Shown one piece after another: positions 54,891 to 64,000 of a DNA stretch of 64,000 bases. Every line of letters starts with the position of its first letter. The stretch's first letter is position 1. Source of the DNA: Hyalangium minutum. GTDB taxonomy: Bacteria; Myxococcota; Myxococcia; Myxococcales; Myxococcaceae. Under the pieces are notes generated by a model that ran no database searches, was not told where the DNA came from, and saw nothing but the letters and a program-made list of their open reading frames with translations. The stretch spans positions 434,001 to 498,000 of the forward strand of contig NZ_JMCB01000002.1 in NCBI RefSeq assembly GCF_000737315.1, written 5' to 3'. The translations under genes and the position numbers were made by a program.

Positions 54891-56695
54891 TGCTCGCCCC
54901 AGTGCTTGCCCTCCTGGCGCTGTCGGCCACGGGGGCTTCGCTCACAGAGGCACAGCAGGCCTTCGCCGAGGGACGGTACGAGGGCGCGGAGCAATTGGCG
55001 CTGCAGGCCGCGAAACCTCCACAGGAAGGCGCCGCGCTCTACCTGGTGGGCTTGGCGCGCTTTCGCAGTGGGCGGCCGGCCGACGCCCTGGAGGCGCTCG
55101 AGGCTGCGGGCAAGGCGCAGGACGCGCCCGAGCGGGCGCCCTGGAACTTCAACCGCGGCGCCTGTCTGTACGAGCTGGGCCGCTTCGAGGAGGCCGAGCA
55201 GGCCTTCCTCCAGGCCGCGGCGGACGAGTCCCTCTCCCGGGTGGCTTGGGTGAATGCGGGCTTCGCCGCGCTGGATGCGGGCTTCCCCGAGCGGGCCGCG
55301 CAGTGGGCAGCTCGGGCGAAGGCAGGAGCCGCCGAGCGGGAGCTCGCGCTGGTGGAGGAACTGCTCTCGGAAGTGGCGCACGCAAAGGGAGCCACGGTGA
55401 GCGCGGGCGACGAGTCCTATCGACAGGGCCTCACGTCCTTTGACGCCGGGCGCTTCGAGGAGGCGCGCACGCATTTCCTGGAGGCCGCGAAGTGGGAAGG
55501 CTCCTCTGGCCGCGCGCGGCTCATGGCGGGAGCCTCCGCCTACCGGACGGGAGACCGGGTGGCGGCGCGGGAGGACATCGTGACGGCGCTGGCGCTGCGG
55601 TTGGAGCCCCGGGACAGGGAAGTCGCCCGGGACTACCTCGACCGGCTCTCCTACGGCCTTCGCTCCAGCGGGCAGGGGCTGGGGGCCTCGGTGGGGGCGG
55701 GCGTGGGTTACGACAGCAACGTGCTGCAGGTGGGCGTGGCGGCGCGGGATGGTTCGCTCGGGTCGAGGACGCTGGATACCGCCAGCCAGTTCGTGGAGGT
55801 GGGGCTCGGGCTCGTCGCGCGGCTGCGGCTCTCGGACACGGTGTTCTCCGAGCTGTCGTACGGCGGCTCGCAGCGGGCGTACACGGAGAGCTCCGCCAGC
55901 GACTACTCGCTGCAGCTGCACCGCGCGGGAGCCGCCGTGGAGTGGGACGCCGTGCGCCGCCTTCGCCTGGGCGCCTCGGCCAACGGGGAGGTGTACTTCA
56001 CCGGCATCTCGGCGTTCCGGGGGCTGCAGGCCTCAGCCACGGGCTCGGTGTGGGTGGCGCTGGACGAGAATGAGCTGACGAGCACGCGGCTCGATGCCTC
56101 TTTCTCGCGCAAGGTGGGGCTCGCCAGCGAGTTCAGCTACCTCACGGGCCGGCGGCTGGATGCGACGCTGTCCCAGGACCTGCGCCTCCGGAAGTTTCTG
56201 CTGACAGGGTGGTACCGCTACCGGGAAGACCGCATCGGCACGCTGATGCAGTCGGCCTCCAGCGGGGGCTCCGGCCTGCTGCAGGAGTACGTCATCCCCT
56301 TTGCCTGGGCGGGCCACGCCACGGGCGCATCGGCGCGCTGGGAGCTGGGCGAGGGCTTCGAGGCGAGCCTCTACGCGGGGCTGGAGTGGCGCCGCTACCT
56401 CAGCGAGAGCTTCCTGCGCGTCCAGTTGTTGGACGGGAGCGAGCAGGAGTGGGGGCATCGCCAGCGCCGGGACACGCGCCTCGTCCTGGGCCCGGCCCTG
56501 AGCGCCCAACTGGGCAAGCACCTCCAGTTGTCCGTGCGGTACGACTTCCTGTCGAACGACTCGAACGTGGACACGCGGCTGGCCGACCCGGCGGATGCAT
56601 GCGAGGCGCCGGACTACGTGTGCCATCGCTACGACTACACGAACGGGAACTACCAGAAGCACCAGCCCATGTTGGAGCTGAGCGGGACGTGGTGA
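54887..56695 (+). CDS. TPR + outer-membrane beta-barrel protein
   Basis: N-terminal TPR helices; barrel start VGVGYDSNV; terminal W. Confidence 0.78.
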   Translation: MMLAPVLALLALSATGASLTEAQQAFAEGRYEGAEQLALQAAKPPQEGAALYLVGLARFRSGRPADALEALEAAGKAQDAPERAPWNFNRGACLYELGRFEEAEQAFLQAAADESLSRVAWVNAGFAALDAGFPERAAQWAARAKAGAAERELALVEELLSEVAHAKGATVSAGDESYRQGLTSFDAGRFEEARTHFLEAAKWEGSSGRARLMAGASAYRTGDRVAAREDIVTALALRLEPRDREVARDYLDRLSYGLRSSGQGLGASVGAGVGYDSNVLQVGVAARDGSLGSRTLDTASQFVEVGLGLVARLRLSDTVFSELSYGGSQRAYTESSASDYSLQLHRAGAAVEWDAVRRLRLGASANGEVYFTGISAFRGLQASATGSVWVALDENELTSTRLDASFSRKVGLASEFSYLTGRRLDATLSQDLRLRKFLLTGWYRYREDRIGTLMQSASSGGSGLLQEYVIPFAWAGHATGASARWELGEGFEASLYAGLEWRRYLSESFLRVQLLDGSEQEWGHRQRRDTRLVLGPALSAQLGKHLQLSVRYDFLSNDSNVDTRLADPADACEAPDYVCHRYDYTNGNYQKHQPMLELSGTW

Positions 56696-56813
56696 CGGGC
56701 TGCGGCTCGAAGAAGCTCCTGGAGCCTGGACAACCTGAGAGGTTCACCTTCCCACTCCCAACGTGCCAGGCAAGCTGCTAGGGTGCGCGCCTTCTCGCAG
56801 AGGGGGGTACGCC

Positions 56814-57584
56814 ATGGCAGCAAGGAAGGGACGCTTCGACTGGTTCGACCTGATGACGCCGGACGTGGCCGCAGCCCGGTCGTTCTACACGGCCGTCATC
56901 GGCTGGAAGACCACGAAGTGGGAGCAAGCTGACTATGAGATGTGGACCGTAGGGAATGAGACCATCGGCGGGATGATGGCCCTGCCGGCGGAGGAGACGA
57001 AGCGGGGCACGCCGCCGCACTGGCTGGCCCATATCGAGACAGATGACGTCGACGCCACGGTGAAGAAGGCGCAAGAGCTTGGGGGCAAGGTGCTCCGGCC
57101 GGGGACGGACATCCCCACCGTGGGCCGCTTCGCCATCCTGGCGGATCCGCAGGGCGCCATCTTCGGCGTGTTCCGGCCGCAGGAGCCGATGAACGATGCT
57201 CCCCGCAAGCCGGGCTACTTCACCTGGCACGAGCTGAACACCACCGACTACCAGGGCGCCTGGAAGTTCTACTCGGAGCTGTTCGGGTGGAAGCACACCC
57301 GCTCCATGGACATGGGCCCGGAGATGGGCGCGTATTGGATGTTCGGCTACGACGCGCAGACCTCTCTCGGAGGGATGTCGAACGTCGCCGTGCAGATGAA
57401 GGTGCCGGCGCATTGGCTCTACTACGTGTCGGTAGAGGACCTCGACGCGGCTCTGGCGCGCGTGAAGCAGCTCGGAGGTCAAATCCTCAACGGGCCCATG
57501 GAAGTGCCGGGCGGCGATCGGATCGCCCAGTGTATGGATCCGCAGGGGGGGATGTTCGCCCTCCACATGAGCCCTCAGTCCTAG
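56814..57584 (+). CDS. Two-domain VOC/glyoxalase protein
   Basis: WFDLMTPD and WHELNTTD repeats; GRFAILADPQGA. TGCTAGGGT upstream at 56776-56784. Confidence 0.9.
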   Translation: MAARKGRFDWFDLMTPDVAAARSFYTAVIGWKTTKWEQADYEMWTVGNETIGGMMALPAEETKRGTPPHWLAHIETDDVDATVKKAQELGGKVLRPGTDIPTVGRFAILADPQGAIFGVFRPQEPMNDAPRKPGYFTWHELNTTDYQGAWKFYSELFGWKHTRSMDMGPEMGAYWMFGYDAQTSLGGMSNVAVQMKVPAHWLYYVSVEDLDAALARVKQLGGQILNGPMEVPGGDRIAQCMDPQGGMFALHMSPQS

Positions 57585-57607
57585 CCCGCTTCCCAGGAGT
57601 GACAGAC

Positions 57608-58102
57608 ATGTCCAAGATCATTCCCTGCCTCTGGTTCAACTACGACGCCGAGGAGGCCGCGAAGTTCTACGTCACGCTGCTGCCCAACTCCCGCATCGAC
57701 AAGGTGACGCGCTCTCCGGCCGACAACCCGAGCATGTCCGCGGGCGCGGTGCTGACCGTGGAGTTCACGCTCGCCGGACAGCCCTTCGTGGGGCTCAACG
57801 GTGGCCCGCAGTTCCCCTTCACCGAGGGCGTGTCCTTCACCATCGACTGCGAGGACCAGGCCGAGGTGGACCGGCTGTGGGAGACGCTGTCGAAGGACGG
57901 CGGCAAGCCGGGACAGTGTGGCTGGATCAAGGATCGGTTCGGGCTCTCATGGCAGATCGTCCCGCGCGCCCTGAACCAGCTGCTGCAGGGCTCCAACCGC
58001 GAGGGCGCGGCCCGCGCCATGCAGGCGATGCTCAAGATGAGCAAGCTCGACGTCGCCGCGCTCCAGCGCGCCTATGACGGCGCGAGCGCTCCCAAGCACT
58101 GA
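57608..58102 (+). CDS. VOC family protein (PhnB / 3-demethylubiquinone-9 methyltransferase-like)
   Basis: KIIPCLWF, LNGGP, CGWIKDRFGLSWQI, MLKMSKLD. Confidence 0.9.
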   Translation: MSKIIPCLWFNYDAEEAAKFYVTLLPNSRIDKVTRSPADNPSMSAGAVLTVEFTLAGQPFVGLNGGPQFPFTEGVSFTIDCEDQAEVDRLWETLSKDGGKPGQCGWIKDRFGLSWQIVPRALNQLLQGSNREGAARAMQAMLKMSKLDVAALQRAYDGASAPKH

Positions 58103-58110
58103 GGGACGCC

Positions 58111-58950
58111 TTACGGGCCCGCTGGCGGCTTCGGGGCCACGCTGGCGCGCATGAAGGCCATGTACTCGTCCTCGGAGGTCTGCCGGCGTGCGCGAACGAG
58201 CGGGAGAATGTCGCTCGTCGCCACGTAGCGCAGGCGCTCCGAGGTGTCGTTCGTTGCCTCGAAGATGACCTCGGCGACGTGCTCGGACGTCGAGTCCTTG
58301 CTCGCGCTGCGCGAGGCCCGCATCGCCGCGAAGACCTGGTGCGCCTCCGAGACGAAGGAGTCGTAGTCCCGGATGCCGCTCGAGAGCAGGCTTGCCTCCT
58401 TCGCGGAGCGCTCACCGAACTTCGTGGTGATGACGCCGCCTGGCTCGACGATCTTCACGCGGATGCCGAGCGCGCCAAGCTCGTACGAGAGGGACTCGGA
58501 GAAGCCCTCGAGCGCGAACTTGCTCGCGTTGTAGAGGGAGATCATCGGCAGCGCGAACACGCCCGCGCCGGAGCTCACGTTGACGATGCAGCCTCCCTTG
58601 TTGGCGCGGAAGTGCGGCAGCACCGCGCGCACGACGTTCATGACGCCGAAGACGTTCACCTCGAACTGCTCGCGGACCTTCTCGTCCGGGGTCAGCTCGA
58701 AGACGCCGAACGCGCCATAGCCCGCGTTGTTCACCACGGCGTCAATGCGTCCGAACCGCGTGAGGCCCGCATCGATGGCGGCGCGGATCGTCTCGGGCTT
58801 CTGGACGTCGAGCGGGGTGACGAACGTGCCGGGAAGCTCCTGGGGCGTTCGCATGGTGGCGATGACGTTCCAGCCACGGGCGGCAAACAGCTCCGCGGTG
58901 GCCTTGCCGAACCCAGATGATGCGCCGGTGATGAGGACGGTCTTCTTCAT
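58111..58950 (-). CDS. SDR oxidoreductase
   Basis: TGASSGFG, NNAG, YNASK. Confidence 0.92.
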   Translation of the reverse strand: MKKTVLITGASSGFGKATAELFAARGWNVIATMRTPQELPGTFVTPLDVQKPETIRAAIDAGLTRFGRIDAVVNNAGYGAFGVFELTPDEKVREQFEVNVFGVMNVVRAVLPHFRANKGGCIVNVSSGAGVFALPMISLYNASKFALEGFSESLSYELGALGIRVKIVEPGGVITTKFGERSAKEASLLSSGIRDYDSFVSEAHQVFAAMRASRSASKDSTSEHVAEVIFEATNDTSERLRYVATSDILPLVRARRQTSEDEYMAFMRASVAPKPPAGP

Positions 58951-59042
58951 GGTGCTCCTCCTGTGGAGACCGTCAGATAGCGGCGCGGGACTGGTGCAAC
59001 AATCACAGCAACATGAGATGAACTGGTGCAGGAGACAGCACA

Positions 59043-59951
59043 ATGAAACGACCGGATCTCTTCGAGCTCCAGGCCATCTCGGCAGTGGCCTCCCGCCGCA
59101 GCTTCCGGGCCGCCGCGGCCGAGCTGAGCCTCTCGCCGTCAGCGCTGAGCCATCGGGTGGCGGCGCTCGAGCGGCGGCTCGGCGTCCGGCTCTTCCAGCG
59201 CACGACGCGCAGCGTGTCGCTCACGGAGGCGGGGGAGCAGTTTCTCGCGCGCGTTCGGCCCGCGCTCGCCGAGCTCTCGGCGGCGATGGAGATGGTCAAA
59301 GAGTTCCGCGACACGCCCGCGGGCACGCTGCGCATCACCACCTCGGAGGGCGCCGCGCGGCAGGTGCTCACGCCCGTGGTGCTCGAGTTCATGGAGCGCT
59401 ACCCCGACATGCGGGTGGAGCTGGTGGTCGAGTCGCGGTTCATGGACATCGTGAAGGAGGGCTTCGACGCGGGTCTCCGGCTGCTCGAAGCGGTGCCGCA
59501 GGACATGGTGGCCGTGTCCTGTGGCCCGAGGCAGCGCTCCGTGGTGGTCGGCTCTCCCCGGTACTTCAAGGCGAACCCCCGGCCGAAGGTGCCGGCCGAC
59601 CTGCGCGCGCACCGCTGCATCCGCACGCGGAAGCGGAATGGCGGCATCTACGCGTGGGAGTTCGAACGACGGGGCGAGGAGCTGGAGATCGAGGTGGATG
59701 GGCCGCTCACACTCGACACGCTCTCGCTGGTGATAGAGGCGGCGATGAATGGCGCGGGGCTCGCGTATCTGAGCGAGTGGGAGGTTCGCTCGGCGCTTGC
59801 TTCCGGAAAGCTCGTGAGCGTGCTGGAGGACTGGTTGCCCTCATACCCGGGGCTGTGCGTCTTCTATCCGAGCCACCGCCACGTGCCTGCGGGGCTGCGA
59901 GCCTTCGTGGAGGTGGTGAAGCAGTTCACGAAGCGCCAGGAAAGTGTGTGA
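59043..59951 (+). CDS. LysR-family regulator divergent from the SDR gene
   Basis: N-terminal HTH (SFRAAAAEL...LERRLGVRLFQRTTRSVSLTEAG) and LysR substrate domain. Confidence 0.95.
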   Translation: MKRPDLFELQAISAVASRRSFRAAAAELSLSPSALSHRVAALERRLGVRLFQRTTRSVSLTEAGEQFLARVRPALAELSAAMEMVKEFRDTPAGTLRITTSEGAARQVLTPVVLEFMERYPDMRVELVVESRFMDIVKEGFDAGLRLLEAVPQDMVAVSCGPRQRSVVVGSPRYFKANPRPKVPADLRAHRCIRTRKRNGGIYAWEFERRGEELEIEVDGPLTLDTLSLVIEAAMNGAGLAYLSEWEVRSALASGKLVSVLEDWLPSYPGLCVFYPSHRHVPAGLRAFVEVVKQFTKRQESV

Positions 59952-60002
59952 GTGGAAAGCGGCTATGCTGGCGCCTCTTTTGTGGTGGGAAGGAGATGGA
60001 AG

Positions 60003-60884
60003 ATGGCGTCCAGCAGTGCAGCGAAGGTGGGGGTGATCGGCAGTGGTCTCATGGGAACCGCACTGGCGCGAGCCTTGGCAGCGGCCGGTCATGACGTCGT
60101 GGTGTGGAACAGGACTCCCAGCAAGGCCCAGGCTGTAGGCAGTGGCACCGTGGCAAGGGAGAACCTGGTCGAGGCCGTCTCGGGCCGAGAGCTGGTCATC
60201 GTCTCTGTGTCCAACTATGCCGCCAGCTTCGAGCTGCTCTCCGCGAAGGGGGTTGCGCAGGCGCTGGCCGGGAAGACGCTCGTTCAGCTCACCAGTGGCT
60301 CTCCCGCGGATGCTCGCGCGGCCCTGGAGTGGGCCACGGCTCACGGCGTGGACTATTTGGACGCTGCGATTCTCGCCTACCCGAGTTTCGTCGCCACCGA
60401 TTACGCGACGGTCTTCTACGCCGGGCTGCGCACCGTCTTCGACCGGCACCTTCCTACCCTTCAGGCGATTGCCAAGAACTCCATCTACGTCGACGAGAAG
60501 ATCGGGGCCGCCGCGACGCTCGACTGCGCGATTCTGGAGTCCTATTACGGAGGCTCTCTGGCCTTCCTGCACGCTGCGGCGATGTGCCAGGCGGAGGGCC
60601 TGGACCCGAAGACGTTCTTCGCCCACAAGAACTCCTTCCTCGGGCTGATCTCCGTGACGGCTGATGCCGCACAGGGGATGATCGAGCGCAACGACTTCTC
60701 GGGCGACCAGTGCAGTCTCAACACCCACGTCGCGGCCATCGAGCACATCGTCCGGTTGAGCCAGGACGCCCGCATGAGCGCACGCTTCCCCAAAGAGCTG
60801 CTCGACAACTACAAGCGAGCCGTGAGCGCGGGATGGGGAGGCCAGGAGTTGCCAGCAGTGTTCCGGACGCTCAAGCAGGACTGA
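60003..60884 (+). CDS. NADPH-dependent imine reductase (IRED)-family protein
   Basis: GSGLMG...WNRT, VSVSNY, QLTSGSP, YLDAAIL and LDCAILESYYG. Confidence 0.78.
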   Translation: MASSSAAKVGVIGSGLMGTALARALAAAGHDVVVWNRTPSKAQAVGSGTVARENLVEAVSGRELVIVSVSNYAASFELLSAKGVAQALAGKTLVQLTSGSPADARAALEWATAHGVDYLDAAILAYPSFVATDYATVFYAGLRTVFDRHLPTLQAIAKNSIYVDEKIGAAATLDCAILESYYGGSLAFLHAAAMCQAEGLDPKTFFAHKNSFLGLISVTADAAQGMIERNDFSGDQCSLNTHVAAIEHIVRLSQDARMSARFPKELLDNYKRAVSAGWGGQELPAVFRTLKQD

Positions 60885-60985
60885 GTTCCGCAGTCATCGA
60901 GGCGACACACGCTCTGCTTCAGCAGGCAATCTCGGCGTGAACAGGGTAGTGCGGTTGGCTCTTCAACCCACACGACGGACAACCC

Positions 60986-61606
60986 ATGGACGAGAAAGTC
61001 ACGGCGGTGCTCGACGCCTATCACGAGCGCATACGCGCAGAAGACCAGCTGATGCGGGAGGCGCCGCAAAAGGGCGGCTTTGAGGGGTTGCGCGATCAGG
61101 TCCTGCTCTCCGTGGGACCGGACACGGGCAAGCTGATCAACATCCTTGCGCGGAGCTTGAAGGCCCCCCACATCCTGGAGCTCGGCACTTCTTACGGTTA
61201 CTCCGGGATCTGGCTGGCGGAAGCCGCGCGGGCGACTGGCGGCCGGGTGACCACCATGGAGCTGCAGGACTACAAGGCAGCCTATGCGCGCGGCATGGCG
61301 GAGAAGGCGGGGCTGGCCGGCTCCATCGACTTCAAGGTGGGTGATGCGGTTCAGATGATCAACGAGTTGCCGTTCAAGCTCGACTTCGTGCTCGTTGACC
61401 TGTGGAAGGACCTCTACGTGCCGTGCCTCGAGGCCTTCTATCCCAAGCTCAATCCGGGGGCGATCATCGTCGCCGATAACATGCTCCGGCCTGGTGGCGA
61501 AGAGGTGCAGCGCTATGGCCGAGCCGTACGCGCGAAGCCCGGAATCACCAGTGTCCTGCTCCCCGTGGGGTCTGGGCTGGAGGTCAGCCGTTTCGAGCCG
61601 AGCTGA
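60986..61606 (+). CDS. Class I SAM-dependent O-methyltransferase
   Basis: ILELGTSYGYS, DFVLVD, GAIIVADN. Confidence 0.9.
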   Translation: MDEKVTAVLDAYHERIRAEDQLMREAPQKGGFEGLRDQVLLSVGPDTGKLINILARSLKAPHILELGTSYGYSGIWLAEAARATGGRVTTMELQDYKAAYARGMAEKAGLAGSIDFKVGDAVQMINELPFKLDFVLVDLWKDLYVPCLEAFYPKLNPGAIIVADNMLRPGGEEVQRYGRAVRAKPGITSVLLPVGSGLEVSRFEPS

Positions 61607-61659
61607 CCGCTTTGCGCGAGCACTGGCGCGTGTCGTGGCTGCCGGTTAGGGATACGGCC

Positions 61660-62451
61660 ATGAGCCACGATACGACCTCCTCACCCCATGCCTCTCGCCC
61701 CGTGGTGGTGCTCGGAGCCGCCGGGCGCCTGGGCCGTGAGCTTGTCCATGCGGCCCTGCGGCTGGGACAGCCGGTCACGGCCGTCGCCCGGAGCCGCGAG
61801 AAGCTCCGGGAGACGCTCCGAGTCGCGGATAACCCGTTGCTCACCTTGACCGAGGGCGATGCTCGCGACGCCGAGGCCATGGTTGCGGTGATGAGGGGCG
61901 CATCCGCCGTGGTGAACTCGGCGGGGCATGCGGGAGACGGAGCGGCGTTCATCGAACTGGGCCGCACGGTCGTCCACGCGGCGGAGCGCATGCTTGGGCC
62001 CGGCGGACGGCTCTGGTTCCTCGGCGGCCTGGGCGTGATGCGCATCCCGAACACGAACCGTCTCGGCATTGATCTCGCCGGGATGCCGGAGATGTACCAG
62101 ACCCACCGCGCCAACCACGAGACGCTGCGTGCCTCGTCGCTCGACTGGTCGATGCTCTGCCCGGGTCCGTTGATTGATTCGGCCGACAGGCCCGCCGTGG
62201 ACACGCTGCGCATCAGCACCGAAGTCCTCCCCGTCGAGATCGACGTGAGTGATGCGCCGGACGATGCGCGGCTCTTCGCGCGGCTGCGCGAGCGGTTCCC
62301 TGAGACCACCATCCCCTATGCAACAGCGGCCGAAGTGGTGATGCGCCACCTGGAAAAGAATGGCCCGTTCAACCGCCAGCGGGTGGGTATTGCCCTTCCG
62401 GTGGGACATACCGCTGAGAAGCAGGGGTGGACGCTCGGCAAGCGAGGGTGA
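61660..62451 (+). CDS. NAD(P)H-binding atypical SDR (flavin reductase-like)
   Basis: GAAGRLG, LWFLGGLG, DWSMLCPG. Confidence 0.85.
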   Translation: MSHDTTSSPHASRPVVVLGAAGRLGRELVHAALRLGQPVTAVARSREKLRETLRVADNPLLTLTEGDARDAEAMVAVMRGASAVVNSAGHAGDGAAFIELGRTVVHAAERMLGPGGRLWFLGGLGVMRIPNTNRLGIDLAGMPEMYQTHRANHETLRASSLDWSMLCPGPLIDSADRPAVDTLRISTEVLPVEIDVSDAPDDARLFARLRERFPETTIPYATAAEVVMRHLEKNGPFNRQRVGIALPVGHTAEKQGWTLGKRG

Positions 62452-62605
62452 GGTGCTAGGGAGCGCTCAGAGGGGGCCGAGCCAAACGAGCGAGTGCTCC
62501 TCAAGTGAGTCCCAACGCATTGAAGGCTGCGGCCTTGGGATCACCATTGCACCTGCCAGCGCTGCTTCTCTGTCCGCAGCATTCAGCAACCGGAAGAAGA
62601 CCGTC

Positions 62606-63787
62606 TCACCCATCACCCACCTCCGAACCTGAAACCTGCGGCGTGCCCTGCGCTCCCGTTTCCATCCCGTGCTGCTCGAACAGCGCGAGGTACGGCTCAT
62701 ACCGATACAGCCGGTTCCGCTTCTGCCCCGTTGTTTCCCGCAGCAATCCAGCCGCCACCAACTGTTCAATGGTGCTGGCCGCCGTCGCGAACGAGCACCT
62801 CAGGTGCTGCTCCGCCGCGCGCACGGACATGAACGGCTTCTCGAAGAGGTAGTCCAGTAGCCGGATACCCAGCGCGTTGGCGGCGAGTTTCTGCCGTGCG
62901 TCCTCTCGCAGGTGGAGAATGGAGCGCGCGGTGTTCGTCGCCGCGACACTCACTTCGGCAACACCTTTGAGGAAGAAGCGCAACCACCCCTCCCAGTCTC
63001 CCGCCGTTCGCACGGCCGTGAGCCGGTCGTAATACTCCGCGCGGTGGGCCTTGAGGTACACGCTGAGGTACAGCAGTGGACGTGCCAAGATGCGCTGCTC
63101 GCACAGCAACAGCGTGATCAACAAGCGCCCCACACGGCCGTTGCCGTCCAGGAACGGGTGGATGGTCTCGAACTGCGCGTGCGCCAGGCCGCACTGCACG
63201 AGCGGAGGCAAGCCCCGGCTGTCGTGCAGGAACTTCTCCAAGTTGCCAAGCGCCTCCTTCATTTCGTGAGGAGGTGGTGGCACGAAAGTGGCTGTCTGCA
63301 GGTTGCAACCTTGCGGGCCAATCCAGTTTTGCGAAGTGCGGAACTCCCCGGGGCTCCGCTCACTGCCGCGGACGCCCTCCATCAGCCTTCCATGGATCTC
63401 CCGCAGTAACCGCAGCGAGAGCGGCAAGGTCTTGAGCCGCTCCAGGCCATGGTTCATCGCCGCCACATAGTTGACGACTTCGCCCGCATCCTTGGCGATG
63501 CGAGGTCCCTTTGCGTCGATTTCGTACTGGAGGACATCCTCGAGCGTGCTCTGCGTACCCTCAATCTGCGAACTCAGGACCGCTTCATGCCGTACGTACA
63601 TCGCCACGAAGAGGTCCGGGTTGGGCAGAATGGAAGCGACCCCGTCCAGCCGTCCGAGCGCCCGGTCTGCCTCACTCATCAGGGCCGTCAACTCCCCCTC
63701 CATGCGCACAGGGGACGTAGGGGGCAAGGCGGCGGGAATGAACGCCCGGTATCCATGGAGTTGCTGTACGTATTGCCCTGCGCGCAT
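62606..63787 (-). CDS. fic: Fic-family protein (SoFic type: Fic_N, Fic, C-terminal HTH)
   Basis: HPFLDGNGRVGR catalytic motif; N-terminal inhibitory SSQIEG; C-terminal ETTGQKRNRLY. Confidence 0.93.
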   Translation of the reverse strand: MRAGQYVQQLHGYRAFIPAALPPTSPVRMEGELTALMSEADRALGRLDGVASILPNPDLFVAMYVRHEAVLSSQIEGTQSTLEDVLQYEIDAKGPRIAKDAGEVVNYVAAMNHGLERLKTLPLSLRLLREIHGRLMEGVRGSERSPGEFRTSQNWIGPQGCNLQTATFVPPPPHEMKEALGNLEKFLHDSRGLPPLVQCGLAHAQFETIHPFLDGNGRVGRLLITLLLCEQRILARPLLYLSVYLKAHRAEYYDRLTAVRTAGDWEGWLRFFLKGVAEVSVAATNTARSILHLREDARQKLAANALGIRLLDYLFEKPFMSVRAAEQHLRCSFATAASTIEQLVAAGLLRETTGQKRNRLYRYEPYLALFEQHGMETGAQGTPQVSGSEVGDG

Positions 63788-64000
63788 CGGATTGCGCCTC
63801 CTGCCTACTGAAGTAGCCCGAGATAATCCTGCGTAAGACGCGCGGTTATTGCAATCGACTGCCAGATCCTGAAATAAGGATCGTGTTCGCGATCCGGTAT
63901 TTCAACCTGCTTCCATAGCGGATTGCTCAGGGGCCGTGGATTTCGAGAGGCATACGCCGCCGTTTCCACCATGGCGGAATCGATGGCGCCGAGCGGCCCT

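Noticed and set aside
56798-56813. GGGGGGTACGCC resembling the right half of the 20-bp repeat
   Set aside because: Lacks the C5 arm and coincides with a purine-rich RBS; probably chance.
29226-62462. Recurrent TGCTAGGG motif (29226, 33667, 56776, 62455) as a novel regulator site
   Set aside because: Best explained as an ordinary extended -10 element (TGnTAnnnT) where it precedes genes; the other copies are imperfect.
1-64000. tRNA, rRNA, CRISPR array, IS elements
   Set aside because: No cloverleaf/T-loop signature, repeat-spacer array, transposase or terminal inverted repeats recognised by eye; a covariance-model scan was not possible.

Overview
High-GC chromosomal window from a myxobacterium, inferred from family content: an MXAN_6640-type protease with a MYXO-CTERM-like tail, DUF2378, Cys-rich lipoproteins and an orphan histidine kinase. 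No rRNA, tRNA, CRISPR array, transposase or integrase was recognised. (1) 1-5442: a co-oriented candidate defence/nucleotide-modification locus encoding a NurA-like nuclease (5'-truncated), a HerA ATPase, a dNMP-kinase/PurZ-type adenylosuccinate synthetase fusion (GSEGKG instead of GDEGKG), a DarT-like ADP-ribosyltransferase-fold protein with no antitoxin, and a YjzC-like small protein. A 20-bp hairpin repeat brackets the synthetase-ART pair. This is the best candidate for an undescribed system. (2) 5.5-15.9 kb: a Fur-boxed heme/iron island (two HmuY, TonB-dependent receptor, DUF6607, metalloprotease, RCC1 lipoprotein, di-heme DUF1111) plus a divergent PLD lipoprotein. (3) 16-29 kb: CopA with an outer-membrane partner, ferritin-like lipoprotein, Rieske oxygenase, kelch protein, GT-C-like membrane protein, cysteine synthase-like enzyme, ECF42/DGPF pair and a small lipoprotein/DUF6968 pair. 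(4) 29-39 kb: Lhr helicase, S8 protease, histidine kinase, heme oxygenase, DUF420. (5) 39.5-48.9 kb: a five-gene exported heme-c/DUF1501/FG-GAP operon. (6) 48.9-64 kb: a bacterial homologue of the SARA/endofin C-terminal domain, GNAT, DUF488, an ECF sigma/anti-sigma/TPR-barrel module with a divergent target lipoprotein, VOC proteins, SDR/LysR, imine reductase, O-methyltransferase and Fic. All family assignments come from motif recognition by eye; no database search was run.
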